DNA of 64,000 nt, from assembly GCF_009914755.1 (NCBI RefSeq), contig NC_060940.1; one strand, given 5' to 3'. The position numbers and the translations under genes were made by a program. Numbering within the stretch: the stretch's first letter is position 1; every line of letters begins with the position of its first letter. Shown piece after piece: positions 1-14,033 of this stretch. The stretch is from the human T2T-CHM13v2.0 reference genome, Homo sapiens. The notes under the pieces were generated by a model. It made no database searches. It saw only the letters and a program-made list of their open reading frames with translations, and was not told where the DNA came from.

Positions 1-171
1 AAACAAAACAAAACAAAACATGTATTAAGTTCCTGCCAGACACTGTTGCAGGCACTGGGGATTCAGCAGAGCAAGACTGACCAGGCCCCAGATGCCTTGG
101 AACTGACGTACCACGGTGGGGCGGAGGCTGGGGGAGACAGACACACAAAACAACCAACAAGGTGCTTTCTC

Positions 172-966
<795 letters not shown>

Positions 967-1529
967 CAAACAGGATACTTTCTAATAATACTGGGTGCTA
1001 TATCAAGGACAGAACACTGGACCTCAGGTAAAGGGACCACAACTGCTAGTGAGAAGGAGGAAGCCAGGGAGCTGGGCAGAGGGCACTGCCAGTGCAAAGG
1101 CCCTGTGGGAGAAGAGCTGGTGCGTTTGAGGAATAGGGAGGAGGTCAGTGTGGCTGGAGTGGAGTGAGGCAGGGTGAGGGGGAATAAGGAGCAAGTTCAG
1201 GCTGGGAGGCTTGGAGAGCATTTATTCAGCAGGAACTTGTATTCCAGCAAATTTGGCAGAGAACTCAGTCCACACATCCCTACTGGGCCTAGAGAGTGGT
1301 CATGTTCAGATCCTGAACATCTAGGTAGGGAAATTAATATCCGGTAAACTACTATACATACTTCAAAACCCATCATTTTTGTCCAGTGGGAGTTAAAAAG
1401 CCACAGCATTTTCCCTAATCCCATCCCACCAACTTTCCCAGAAGTCCACCCAGAGGAGGAGATGAGGTTCATTTAGCTCTTTTCCTGGCCCTCAGCACAG
1501 GCTATTATTAGATATTCAGTGGATTTGGG

Positions 1530-1819
1530 GACTGGGCGAGGTGGCTCAGTCCTGTAATCCCAGCACTTTGGGAGGCCAAGGCTGGCAGATCACTTGAGCC
1601 CAGGAGTTTGAGACCAGCCTAAGCAACATGGTGGGACCCCATCTCTACAAAAAATACAAAAAGTTAGCTGGGCATGGTGGTGCATGCATGTAGTCCCAGG
1701 TACTGAGGAGGCTGAGGTGGGAGGATCAGCTGAGCCTGGGAAGGTCGAGGCTGCAGTAAGCCATGATCACACTACTATACTCCAGCCTGGGGCCAGAGTG
1801 AGACCCTGTCTCAAAAAAA
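1530..1819 (+). mobile_element. Alu (J-like)
   Basis: Full dimer consensus. Confidence 0.9.
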
Positions 1820-2226
1820 TGGATGTTGGACAGAAAGGAGAGAAGGAAACCCAAAATGCCTAGCGCCCTTCCTGCAGGACAGCCATCTGGTTGTTGGGAC
1901 CAACAGGGACAGATTTAGGCTTAGTCCAAGCAAGAATGGCCCAAATTTCCAAAATTGAGAGCTGCTGCCCTAAATGAGGTAGTGAGTTCCTGGCCCCTGG
2001 GAGGTGTGCAAGCTGAGCCCGGACACAATTCATTGAGGATGCTGTAGGGGAGGTGATACCTTCCCTGGGAAAAGGTTGGTTGGACCAGGTGACCACCCCC
2101 CAGCCCTGCCTCAAATCCCTCCCAGCCCTGAGAGTCTGGGCTTCTGCCCTGGCCCTGAGCACTGAGCCCACCACCATCCCCCCTGCCCCTGGCTTCCAGC
2201 CATGACCGGCTGCTTTGTCCTTGAAG

Positions 2227-2426
2227 GCAAGACCAGTATGAAGAGCTGAAGGACGAGGCCACCTCCTGCAGCCTCCACAGGTCGGCCCACAATGCCACGC
2301 ATGCCACCTACACCTGCCACATGGATGTATTCCACTTCATGGCCGACGACATTTTCAGTGTCAACATCACAGACCAGTCTGGCAACTACTCCCAGGAGTG
2401 TGGCAGCTTTCTCCTGGCTGAGAGCA
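2227..2426 (+). CDS. IL21R: IL21R exon 4 (FnIII domain 1: [14 protein letters not shown]...GSFLLAES)
   Basis: ttgaag| acceptor, |gtgagt donor; translation matches IL-21R. Confidence 0.96.
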
Positions 2427-2441
2427 GTGAGTATCCTGGGA

Positions 2442-2682
2442 CCCCAGGCTTAGGGTGGCACTCAATCTTAGCTCACCGCAGCCCTGACCTCTCTGGGCTC
2501 AGGTGATCCTCCCACCTCAGCCTCCCGTGTAGCTGGGACAACAGGTGTACACCACTACACCCAGCTAATTTTTGTATTTTTAGTAGAGACGGGGATCTTG
2601 CCATGTTGCCCAGGCCAGTCTCGAACTCCTGGGCTCCAGCGATCCACTTGCCTTGGCCTCCCAAAGTGCTAGGATTATAGGT
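2442..2682 (-). mobile_element. Truncated Alu just downstream of the IL21R exon 4 donor
   Basis: Partial antisense Alu consensus without tail. Confidence 0.8.
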
Positions 2683-3027
2683 AGGGGCTGGGTCCCCTAC
2701 TCCCTGCCCTCTGGGCCAGCTCTCCTCCTTCCATCAGATCTGACCTGGCCTATGTCCTCACTACACCTTAGAGTTCTGTTTTGAGTTGCGCTATTTTTTA
2801 CTAAAGTGTGAAAGGTTGATAATAGGTTTGAGAGGTATTGAAGGAGCTAGGCTGGGACCCGGGACTTCTGGGTTCGTGTTCCGGCTCAGCTCTGCCCATC
2901 TGTGTGACCATGGATGAGGCATACCTACCTCTGGGACAGCTTCCCTATTTGTAGAGCAAATGTCCTTTTAACCCTGACTTTCTGGGATCCTGACCCCATA
3001 ATGAGGCGAATGGACGACACTGAGTTA

Positions 3028-3751
<724 letters not shown>

Positions 3752-3889
3752 TCAGGAAGGCCCCGCCCATGAGCTCGGGAGTTTCTGCCGCTAGATTCCC
3801 AGCAGAGGGGCTGGGGTATAAGAGGTGTCTGTGATTCACACTCTGGGGGTCCAGGTTTGCACCTCTTTGCTGAGTGGATGTCACACCAC

Positions 3890-4422
3890 AGAGCGTGAGA
3901 GTGAAGCTTCACACACTCCCAGACACATGCACACTCACGCAAATTCCCAGGGTCACAGACTCACGCACACACAGACTCATAGATGCGCCCTCAAACTCAC
4001 AGATGTCTCCCCAGCCCCAGCCTGCATGGCATGGACACAGAGGCCCACACTGCCTCTCTCTCTTGCTCTCTCTCACTCTCATACACACTCACACATACAT
4101 ACACACACACACACACACCCACGTACACAATACACACACACTCACACATATACTCTCACATCACTCATACATGGGCACACACACGCACACACTCACACAT
4201 GCATTCTCACACACGTGTAGACTCACACATGCACACACATATACACTTTCTCACACGTGTGCACACACGCACATATACACATACTCATACACTCTCACAT
4301 CACACACGGGCACACATATGCACACACTCACACATGCATTCTCACACACGTGTACACTCATGCACAGACACACACATTACTCACGGGCACACATGCACAC
4401 ACTCACACATGCACAGACTCAC
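3890..4422. repeat. CA-rich low-complexity tract
   Basis: Read directly; produces the spurious His/Thr ORFs. Confidence 0.9.
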
Positions 4423-4957
4423 AAGGGGACCCTCCTTGCCACTTGTCTTGCAGCGTGAATCCAAGCATTTCTCTCTGGCATTCCCTCCCTCCCTGCCAGG
4501 ATCTGCAGCTAGCCTGGTCCCAGCTGGGGCAGGAAGTGATTTTCTAACCACCTCCCGCCGAGGGTCCCTTCCTCCTCCTGGGCCCTGGGCCTCGCTGGGC
4601 TGAGCAGCCCCTCTTCACGACCCCCAGGCTCTGCAAACATCTCCCGAGTACCCACGGGGCAGTTCTCAGTACCCTGGTGTCTTCTGGGACTCATCCTCAC
4701 CCAGCCACACAGGGAAGCCGAGAGCCGGCCTCCACCTGCCCCGGGGAAGACAAAAGAGGGGTTAGAAACGATTTCAGTCAAAAACATCCCATTACTGGAA
4801 CAGCAACAGCAACAACCCAGTGTTCACCATGGCATTCTGTAAAATGTGCACCTCTGTCACCTCGGGGCGTGGTGGGAGCCCTCAGTGCGGGTTTCAGGAT
4901 CACAGGCAGCCTTAGAGCTCCTTTCTGGAGGCCTTGCAAGGTTCATTAGTTAATCTG

Positions 4958-4961
<4 letters not shown>

Positions 4962-5039
<78 letters not shown>

Positions 5040-5044
5040 CGCGC
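4962..5044. repeat. Compound (TA)n(GA)n(GC)n microsatellite
   Basis: Read directly. Confidence 0.95.
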
Positions 5045-5322
5045 CAGGGTGTAGCTTTGTCCTCCAGCCTGGGGTGCAGTGGCACAACCATAGCTCATTG
5101 CAGCCTGGAACTCCTGGGCTCAAGCGATCCTCCCACTTCGGCCTCCTGAGTGGTTGGGACTACAGGTGCACATCACCATCCTGGCTAATTTTTAAATTTT
5201 TTGTAGAGCTGGGATCTTGCTGTGTTGTCCAGGCTGGTCTTGAACACCTGGCCTCAAGCAATCCTCCCACCTCAGCCTCCCAAAGTGCTGAGATTTTTGG
5301 CATGAGCCACCTTGCCCAGCCT
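5044..5322 (-). mobile_element. Alu (J-like)
   Basis: Antisense Alu consensus. Confidence 0.85.
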
Positions 5323-5517
5323 AATTTGCCAAATATTTATTGAGGGCCTACTGTGCCCCAGGCTGTGTTCTAGGAGCTGTGGGCACAGACTGAACCTGGA
5401 GGACAAAACCTCTGCCCCAAGGAGCTAAGAGCCCAGTGAGGGAGGCACATAGTAAACAAAATCACAGGGTGAGAGGTGCAGAGTGTTAGATGGTGGCAGA
5501 TTGAAAGTGAAGAAGGT

Positions 5518-5981
<464 letters not shown>

Positions 5982-6473
5982 CTAAATAGCTTCATCCCTT
6001 TGAACTTGAAGCCCCATGATATAGGAACTGAGCCCATTTTACAAGAGAGGAATTTAAGGCCCTTAACATATTGTGTTCTGCTCAAGTTCATGAAATGTCC
6101 TTCGAATGGAGCAAAAACAGAATGCCGGCTTTGACCTTCACCTGGAGGCCGCCCATGAAAGCTTGCTGTTATGGCTCAGAGCTCGGCTCTTGCACTTGCC
6201 AGGAGACGCTGAAAGATGAGGACCATCAGATTGGCCTCCCAGGGCCACTGTGGGGTGTCAAACTGCCCAGAGCAGGGCAGCCAGGCAGGCTCTGTGTAAA
6301 TGGCAGCCCTCACCATTAGCATTCATGCTAAGAAGAGTCATCAACTGCTTGAAGTAGCTGGGGTTGAAAGAAAATGATACCATCATTTAGAACAGAAATG
6401 GAAAATGAATGGATTTGCCAGCACGTTGCTGAGAACATTTTTGGATGGGTTGCTAACTTTAAAACTTAATATA

Positions 6474-6760
6474 GGCCAGGTGCAGTGGCTTGTTCTTGCA
6501 ATCCCAGGATTTTGGGAGGCTGAGGTGGGAGCATCACTTGAGGCCAGGAGTTTGAGACCAGCCTGGGCAAAGATAGTGAGACCCCATTTCTACAAAACAG
6601 ACAAATAATTAGCCAAGTGTGGTCGCATCCACCTGTAGTCTCAGCTACTTGGGAGGCTGAAGTGGGAGGATGGCTTGAGCCCAGGAGGTTGAGGCTGCTA
6701 GTGAGCTATGATCGCACCACTGCACTCCAGCCTGGGCAACACAGTGAGATCCTGTCTCTA
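6474..6760 (+). mobile_element. Alu (J-like)
   Basis: Alu consensus. Confidence 0.85.
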
Positions 6761-6877
6761 GGGGGAAAAAACCCTTGGAGATTTCACATGATAATTCCAG
6801 GGGTCTCCCGTTTCCCATTCTGCACCTCATATTGAAACTTGCCCTTCAGTGCATAGAAAGCAGGGTTTCAGATTTCA

Positions 6878-7040
6878 TGTGTGTGCGTGTGCATTTGTGT
6901 GTGTGCATGCTGTGCGTGTGCATGTGTGTTGCATGTGTAGGCATGCGTTTGGGTGTGCATGTGTGGGCATGCATGTGTGTGGGTGTGCATGTGCACATGT
7001 GTGTTTGTGTATGCGTGTGTGTAGGCATGTGCGTGTGTGT
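6878..7040. repeat. TG-rich low-complexity tract
   Basis: Read directly. Confidence 0.9.
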
Positions 7041-7102
7041 TTCCCTAGAAAACTTAGAAAAGCTGACCACTCTGTGCTGCTGGGGCCATTCACTTTTAAC
7101 TC

Positions 7103-7410
7103 TTTTATTTATTTATTTTTGTTCGTTTTTGAGATGGAGTCTCGCTCTGTCGCCCGGGCTGGAGTGCAGTGGCGCAATCTTGGCTCACTCCAAGCTCTGC
7201 CTCCCGGGTTCACGCCATTCTCCTGCCTCAGCCTCCCGAGTAGATGGGACTACAGGCGCCCGCCACCACGCCCGGCTAATTTTTGTATTTTTAGTAAAGA
7301 TGGGGTTTCACCGTGTTAGCCAGGATGGTCTCGATCTCCTGACCTCGTGACCCACCTGCCTTGGCCTTCCAAAGTGCTGGGATTACAGGCATGAGCCACT
7401 GCACCCAGCC
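7103..7410 (-). mobile_element. AluY-like
   Basis: CpG-rich; 'gttcacgccattc' and 'ccgtgttagccaggatggtctcgatctcctgacctcgtga'. Confidence 0.88.
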
Positions 7411-7710
7411 AGACTGTTTTATTTCGTCACAGTCCCTAAACCTGCTTCACTCCTCTCTGTGACCTGCCCGCCCCTGAGTTTGCAATCCTGATCAGGTCTA
7501 AATCTCCCAGGTCCCAGATGAATAAACTGAAGCCCAGAGTTGGGAGTACTTTGCCCAAAGTCACTCAGGGTTGTTGGTCTTCATCTCATCCATGATGGGT
7601 CAGGCATGGAGGCAGGGGTGGGGGCAGGCAGGACTTCCTCCCATCACCAAATCCTTTTCACCTGCAGCAAATTCTCACCCCATTTTCTTTTCCTGGGTTT
7701 TTCCACCAAG

Positions 7711-7865
7711 TCAAGCCGGCTCCCCCTTTCAACGTGACTGTGACCTTCTCAGGACAGTATAATATCTCCTGGCGCTCAGATTACGAAGACCCTGCCTTCT
7801 ACATGCTGAAGGGCAAGCTTCAGTATGAGCTGCAGTACAGGAACCGGGGAGACCCCTGGGCTGTG
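7711..7865 (+). CDS. IL21R: IL21R exon 5 ([20 protein letters not shown]...RGDPWAV)
   Basis: ccaag| acceptor, |gtgagg donor; phase matches neighbouring exons. Confidence 0.96.
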
Positions 7866-8250
7866 GTGAGGAATGTGGGGATCAGTGCAGCTTTGTGGGA
7901 GGGGAGGGGAGATGACGGAGTGCAAAGGCATCTGGGTGGGAGAGACGGGTGAACAACATCATTCATGGCCAAGAACAGAGACCAAGGGCGCGAGCACTCC
8001 CTTACAGCGGGCCCTCCTCCTCCCCTCACTTCTCCCCAAGGTAGGAGACCCCTGAATAATCTGTCCTCCCCAAACTGGTCTCCTCGGCGGTCAGCATGCC
8101 AAAGAGACTGTCCCTTCCCCAGACTCCACCCCAGGTCTAGCATAGTCACAATAGAAGAAGTTTCAGAAATGGGGCAACCTGGAAGCTTCCCAATTGCTTA
8201 GAATGGCCATAGTTGGAGAGTTCCAGAAATATCAATTATTAAGAAGGTCC

Positions 8251-8546
8251 AGCCAGGTGCGGTGGCTCATGCCTGTAATCCCAGCACTTTGGAGGCCAAG
8301 GCAGGTGGATCTCTTGAGGTCAGGAGTTTGAGACCAGCCAGGGCAACATGGTGAAACTCTGTTTCTACTAAAAATACAAAAAATTAGCCAGGCGTGGTGA
8401 CATGCACCTGTAATCCAGCTATTCTGGAGGCTTAGGCAGGAGAATCACTTGAATCCAGGAGGCGGAGGTTGCAGTGAGCTGGGATCGCGCGCTACTGCAC
8501 TCTAGCCTGGGCAACAGAGTGAGACTCGATCTCAAAAAAAAAAAAA
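8251..8546 (+). mobile_element. AluS with TSD (a)aggtccag
   Basis: Alu consensus flanked by aagaaggtccag and aaaaaggtccag. Confidence 0.9.
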
Positions 8547-8856
8547 GGTCCAGTGTTAGAGGGCCCATTGTTTCAAACATGAAGGTGTTGAGTGATGTCC
8601 TTCCAGCCCACTATTTAGAACAGTCACAAGTGATGTACTGTCTCTAAAAAATAAAAAATAGTAACAATGATAGAACAGTCACAGCTGAAGAGTTCTAGAA
8701 TTGCCCATCCTTTAGGATAGTCCCAGCTGAAGATGTCCATGAGTGCCATACTTTAGAAAGTCCCCAGTGGAAGACTTCCAGAGGTATCCATTGCTAAGAT
8801 GTCTGTAGTTAGAGTTCTAGAAATGCCTGCTGTTGGGAATGTCAGTATGTCAACTC

Positions 8857-8957
8857 TTGGAATTCTTCAACAGTTGAAGACATTCTCCACTGATGTACTG
8901 AGACTTATATCAGTAGTACATCGGTTGAGAATGTCCTCAACTGTTGAAGAATTCCAA
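8857..8957. repeat. Inverted repeat: 43-bp arms, 15-nt loop, 3 mismatches
   Basis: 8857-8899 versus the reverse complement of 8915-8957. Confidence 0.92.
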
Positions 8958-9291
8958 AAGTATGCATTGCCTGGAATGCTGCCAGACCATTACCACTCCT
9001 GAGATATGCCCAGTCCTGCAGGGAGAGTCCACTGCCAGGACTGTGAGTGGCTGAATTGGATCAAAGAGAAATCAAACAGAGCATCCTATCACATGCACGG
9101 GCCAGGCAGTGCTGGTGAGTCTGTGCTCCCCATGCCTGAGTCCAGCTACTCAGGCATAGGCTTGATTCTTGTGGGAAGAGAAGAGACACTCAGCCCCTTT
9201 GATGGAAGCTGGGAAAAGAGGTGGCTCTGCTGGAGGCAGGGGCTGGCCTGGTTTAACCCTGACCTGGTGCATCCTTTCCTTGTACTGGCAG

Positions 9292-9469
9292 AGTCCGAGG
9301 AGAAAGCTGATCTCAGTGGACTCAAGAAGTGTCTCCCTCCTCCCCCTGGAGTTCCGCAAAGACTCGAGCTATGAGCTGCAGGTGCGGGCAGGGCCCATGC
9401 CTGGCTCCTCCTACCAGGGGACCTGGAGTGAATGGAGTGACCCGGTCATCTTTCAGACCCAGTCAGAGG
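9292..9469 (+). CDS. IL21R: IL21R exon 6 (SPRRKLISV...WSEWS...QTQSE) with the WSXWS motif at 9424-9438
   Basis: ggcag| acceptor, |gtaggt donor; WSXWS hallmark of class I cytokine receptors. Confidence 0.97.
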
Positions 9470-9926
9470 GTAGGTGTGAAGCTGGGATGGACACCCCACT
9501 CCTGGTATCAAATTTTGTCCTGTTCTAGCCACCCTAAGCCCTGAGCTTTCTGGCACAGCTGGGAGGTATTCAGTTGTTCATCCTCAGATGTAGCCCTTCA
9601 ATTACATTTCTAGAGCCCCTGCTGGCCAGGCCCTGTTGGGTGCCAGCTGCTTCTTCTGTTAGGCATTTGATCCCCCTAACTCTGAAGTGGGAATCAGCCC
9701 TGTTTTTCAGACGAGATAACTTAGGCTCAGAGAAATGAAGTTACTTGCCTGGGGTGAGGAATGAGAACAAGATTTGAACCCAGATCCATCTCACTTCAAG
9801 ACACTAGCAGTAACAGCCTCTCCTACCCTCTTCCACTCTACCCCAGACCCATTTCCCACCATGCCCACCCCATATGGCCTCTGGTAGAGTTGGTGCCATT
9901 TAACCCTTTCTTTGCTTCCTTCCCAG

Positions 9927-10026
9927 AGTTAAAGGAAGGCTGGAACCCTCACCTGCTGCTTCTCCTCCTGCTTGTCATAGTCTTCATTCCTGCCTTCTGG
10001 AGCCTGAAGACCCATCCATTGTGGAG
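9927..10026 (+). CDS. IL21R: IL21R exon 7, transmembrane helix (ELKEGWNPHLLLLLLLVIVFIPAFWSLKTHPLW)
   Basis: cccag| acceptor, |gtgagg donor; hydrophobic run. Confidence 0.96.
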
Positions 10027-10756
10027 GTGAGGCCAGGGGATCAGGAAGGCAGGGAGGTGGTCAGCCTGGGCCACTGCCCCTGTATGATACATGCAGGGTT
10101 GGAAAACATGACTGTCATCATGGTAACAATGATGATGATGGGATAATAACCAACTCACAGCCACCATGTGCTGGACACTGTGGAGGGCACTCCCTTCACC
10201 CCCATGGCTGCCCTATGAGCTTGAGACACTGCAGTTGCCCTTATTTTACAAATGGAGAAACTGAGGCAAGGAGATGTCAAGGACAAAGTCACACAGCTCC
10301 AAGGTGGAGAAATTGGGATTGAAAATCTGTGCCCTTAAACAGGGACCTCAGCTGTGATCTTGTCCAGTGGATTTTAAGCTTTGAGGCTTAATGGGCTTAA
10401 GGGGCCACTAGGTGGTGGTGAAGAGGTGGCTGTAATAGTCCACACCTCTGAAATGGCCTCTCTGCGCACCCCTGGTTGCAGATAAAGAAGTTGAGGCTCA
10501 GAAGGGGCAACATTTGCCCAGCACGCAACAGGCAGCCAAGAACATAACCACGATATCCCTTCAGGAGCCTGTGAGGGAGACTTACTGCTCCCATTTTACA
10601 GAAGGGGAAACCAAGCCCCAGGGAAGGAGGGAGGCGCCTGGGCTGAGTCTTGGGATGCTCGGAAGCTCCTGTAGGATGAAGCTGGGGAGCGTCCGAATGG
10701 GAGGCCAGGCTGCCCTCTGGTGATGTCAGGGTCCTCACCCCTCTCTGCCCCCTCAG

Positions 10757-10838
10757 GCTATGGAAGAAGATATGGGCCGTCCCCAGCCCTGAGCGGTTCT
10801 TCATGCCCCTGTACAAGGGCTGCAGCGGAGACTTCAAG
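10757..10838 (+). CDS. IL21R: IL21R exon 8, Box1 region (LWKKIWAVPSPERFFMPLYKGCSGDFK)
   Basis: ctcag| acceptor, |gtgagc donor; PxP Box1 motif. Confidence 0.96.
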
Positions 10839-11050
10839 GTGAGCTCCCGACCCTGTGATGAGCTCCTCGGAGCCCCTCCTCCTCTTCAGGAGCCCCACCT
10901 CCCCTCACCCCAGGCTCCCCAGCCTCACCCCACAGGCCTAGAGCATGCAGGTCTCAGCCAAGCCACAAGCCAGGCCTCAGTTTCCCCATGTGCAAAGTGT
11001 AGACAGTCATTCTTGTGGTGCAGAATTGGCAGAAGAATTAAACAAGATTT

Positions 11051-11365
11051 GACCAGGTGTGGTGGCTGACATCTGCAATCCCAGCACTTTGGGAGGCCAA
11101 AGCAAGTGGACTGCTTGAGGCCAGGAGTTCAAAAACAGCCTGGGCAACATAGGGAGACCCTCACCACCACTCCGCCTCCCCATCTCTACCAAAAACTTAA
11201 AAATCATTCAAGTGAGGTGGTGCACGCCTGTAGTCCCAGCAACTCGGGAGGCTGAGGCAGGACGATCGTTCAGAGGCTGCCGTGAGCTATGATCACACCA
11301 CTGCCCTCCAGCCTGGCCAACAGACAGAGACTATATCTTAAAAAAAAAAAAATCAAAAAGAAAAA
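11051..11365 (+). mobile_element. Alu (J-like)
   Basis: Alu consensus with a small internal insertion. Confidence 0.85.
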
Positions 11366-11969
11366 GTAAACAAAATAATGCAGCATTGGCCCAGCCCAAG
11401 GAACCAGACTGGGATAGGGGGTGAGGCTGGTGGTCTCCTGAGTCACAGATTGCCCCACTGGTCCTTTCTTAGGTGTCCTTAATCTGAGTTGGAGAGGGAA
11501 TAGATTCTGGAAAGAGCCTGGCCCACGGGGCAAAACACACTAACGTTTGCCAAGCCTCCAACTCACCACCACCCGCCAGCACCCACAGGTTGTCTGTGCC
11601 CATTTACAGCCGTGTCACCCACCCTGCAGCAGTGGGAGTGGCTGCCACAGAGAGGATGTGGTGACAGAGGTGGGAGGGCCAGCCCCACCTGCTGCAGCCC
11701 AGCCTGAAAGTCAGACAGTGTAGACCTAGACCATTGATTGAGCTCCTGCTGTCTGCCTGGTGCTGCGCTGGACACCCTTCCTGCCTCACTCATTCTCATA
11801 TTCACAGCAGCCCCTGCAGAGTGGATGTTCCACTGCCCCCAGGGCACCCATGAGGAGGCCAAAGAGTGGGCAGGGAGGAACATGGACCCCAACCCACATA
11901 AGACCCACCCTTTCCTCTTCCCTAAAGCTCAAATATCACATTGATTTTGGGTTGATTTTTACCAATACT

Positions 11970-12160
11970 CATATAGCACTTGCTATATACCAGGCAGTCC
12001 CCTAGGAGCATCACAAACAGTGACTCATTTAATCCTCACGACGGCCCTACGGGTGGGTGCTATTATTAGGTCCATTTTACAGATGAGGAAACTGAGGCAC
12101 CGAGAGGGTAAGTAATTGGCTTAAGGGCACACAGCTGAGAAGCGACTTTGAATCAGTGGT
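11970..12160 (-). mobile_element. MIR (other MIR fragments near 2860-2960, 9640-9800, 10120-10610, 17520-17640, 21750-21900, 45480-45570, 51540-51740)
   Basis: MIR core 'ccattttacagatgaggaaactgaggcac'. Confidence 0.8.
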
Positions 12161-12404
12161 GGTGGCCACATCACAGTTCTGAGATGAGTTTTTGAGGAAG
12201 ATGAGCTCAAAACAGGGAGATACCCATTCCTGGGGATTTTCCTTGCCAATTGCATGAGGATTCTGGTGTCGTGAGTGGGAGTCCTGGCAGGGGAGGGAAG
12301 GGGAGGGTCCTTCAAGTTTAAGGGCCACCGCCTCAGCCAGCATCACCCACATCCTTTATCCTCAAAGTGTACAAAGGCCTTTCCAAGTGGCTTTTCATTG
12401 ATCC

Positions 12405-12500
12405 ACTCCACCCATTCATTTCGTTAATAAACATTTATTGAGCACCTACTTTGTGCTAGGCACTGGGGCTACAGCCATGGACAGAAGAGACAAGACTTAT
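12405..12500 (-). mobile_element. L2 3'-end fragment
   Basis: cattcatt...aaacatttattgagcacctactttgtgctaggcactgggg. Confidence 0.75.
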
Positions 12501-12918
12501 GTCCGGGGGCCAAGTGTCTGTCTGGTGGGGACACATAAACCAGGAGAGTGCTAGGTTTCAAGAAGCATCAAGGAGGCGGGAAAGCAGGAGATGGCTCAGG
12601 GGTACCTCAGACCTCAGGCCCTCCTGCCCCCATGTCTCCTTGACTCAGGAATCTTGGTCCCTGCCTGGACTATGGGGCCACCAGTTGTCTGACTGGTCAC
12701 ACTACTAAGGGTAGCAACTCCCTTCTACAAGTAGGGAAACTGAGGCCCAGAGTAGGAGGGGGATCCACTAGGGTGGGAGCACATTGTGGTCCTGATTCCT
12801 CTCTCTCTCTCTGTCTCTCGGTGTCTTTGTCTATCTTCATGTCTCTGTCTGTCTCTCTTGATGTCTCTTTGTCTTGTCTCTGTGTCTGTGTCTGTCTTTC
12901 TGTCTGTTTAAACCCTCA

Positions 12919-13228
<310 letters not shown>

Positions 13229-13283
13229 AACCCTCACCTTACCCTCATCCTGTGCTATGACTCTCTCTTTTTCTCTCTCACAG

Positions 13284-14033
13284 AAATGGGTGGGTGCACC
13301 CTTCACTGGCTCCAGCCTGGAGCTGGGACCCTGGAGCCCAGAGGTGCCCTCCACCCTGGAGGTGTACAGCTGCCACCCACCACGGAGCCCGGCCAAGAGG
13401 CTGCAGCTCACGGAGCTACAAGAACCAGCAGAGCTGGTGGAGTCTGACGGTGTGCCCAAGCCCAGCTTCTGGCCGACAGCCCAGAACTCGGGGGGCTCAG
13501 CTTACAGTGAGGAGAGGGATCGGCCATACGGCCTGGTGTCCATTGACACAGTGACTGTGCTAGATGCAGAGGGGCCATGCACCTGGCCCTGCAGCTGTGA
13601 GGATGACGGCTACCCAGCCCTGGACCTGGATGCTGGCCTGGAGCCCAGCCCAGGCCTAGAGGACCCACTCTTGGATGCAGGGACCACAGTCCTGTCCTGT
13701 GGCTGTGTCTCAGCTGGCAGCCCTGGGCTAGGAGGGCCCCTGGGAAGCCTCCTGGACAGACTAAAGCCACCCCTTGCAGATGGGGAGGACTGGGCTGGGG
13801 GACTGCCCTGGGGTGGCCGGTCACCTGGAGGGGTCTCAGAGAGTGAGGCGGGCTCACCCCTGGCCGGCCTGGATATGGACACGTTTGACAGTGGCTTTGT
13901 GGGCTCTGACTGCAGCAGCCCTGTGGAGTGTGACTTCACCAGCCCCGGGGACGAAGGACCCCCCCGGAGCTACCTCCGCCAGTGGGTGGTCATTCCTCCG
14001 CCACTTTCGAGCCCTGGACCCCAGGCCAGCTAA
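13284..14033 (+). CDS. IL21R: IL21R exon 9 coding part (cytoplasmic tail KWVGAPF...YLRQ...PGPQAS*)
   Basis: Polypyrimidine tract then cacag| acceptor; ORF 13257-14033; YXXQ STAT3-docking motif at 13971-13982; TAA at 14031-14033. Confidence 0.97.
   Translation, partial: KWVGAPFTGSSLELGPWSPEVPSTLEVYSCHPPRSPAKRLQLTELQEPAELVESDGVPKPSFWPTAQNSGGSAYSEERDRPYGLVSIDTVTVLDAEGPCTWPCSCEDDGYPALDLDAGLEPSPGLEDPLLDAGTTVLSCGCVSAGSPGLGGPLGSLLDRLKPPLADGEDWAGGLPWGGRSPGGVSESEAGSPLAGLDMDTFDSGFVGSDCSSPVECDFTSPGDEGPPRSYLRQWVVIPPPLSSPGPQAS

Noticed and set aside
3825-4603. Long His/Thr-rich ORFs (also 6775-7350 and 23681-24293)
   Set aside because: Translations of CA, TG and TGGA simple repeats that lack stop codons
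8138-8850. CRISPR-like interpretation of the ~41-bp and 36-bp repeats
   Set aside because: No conserved repeat with unique spacers, no cas genes, and the context is a human intron or intergenic region
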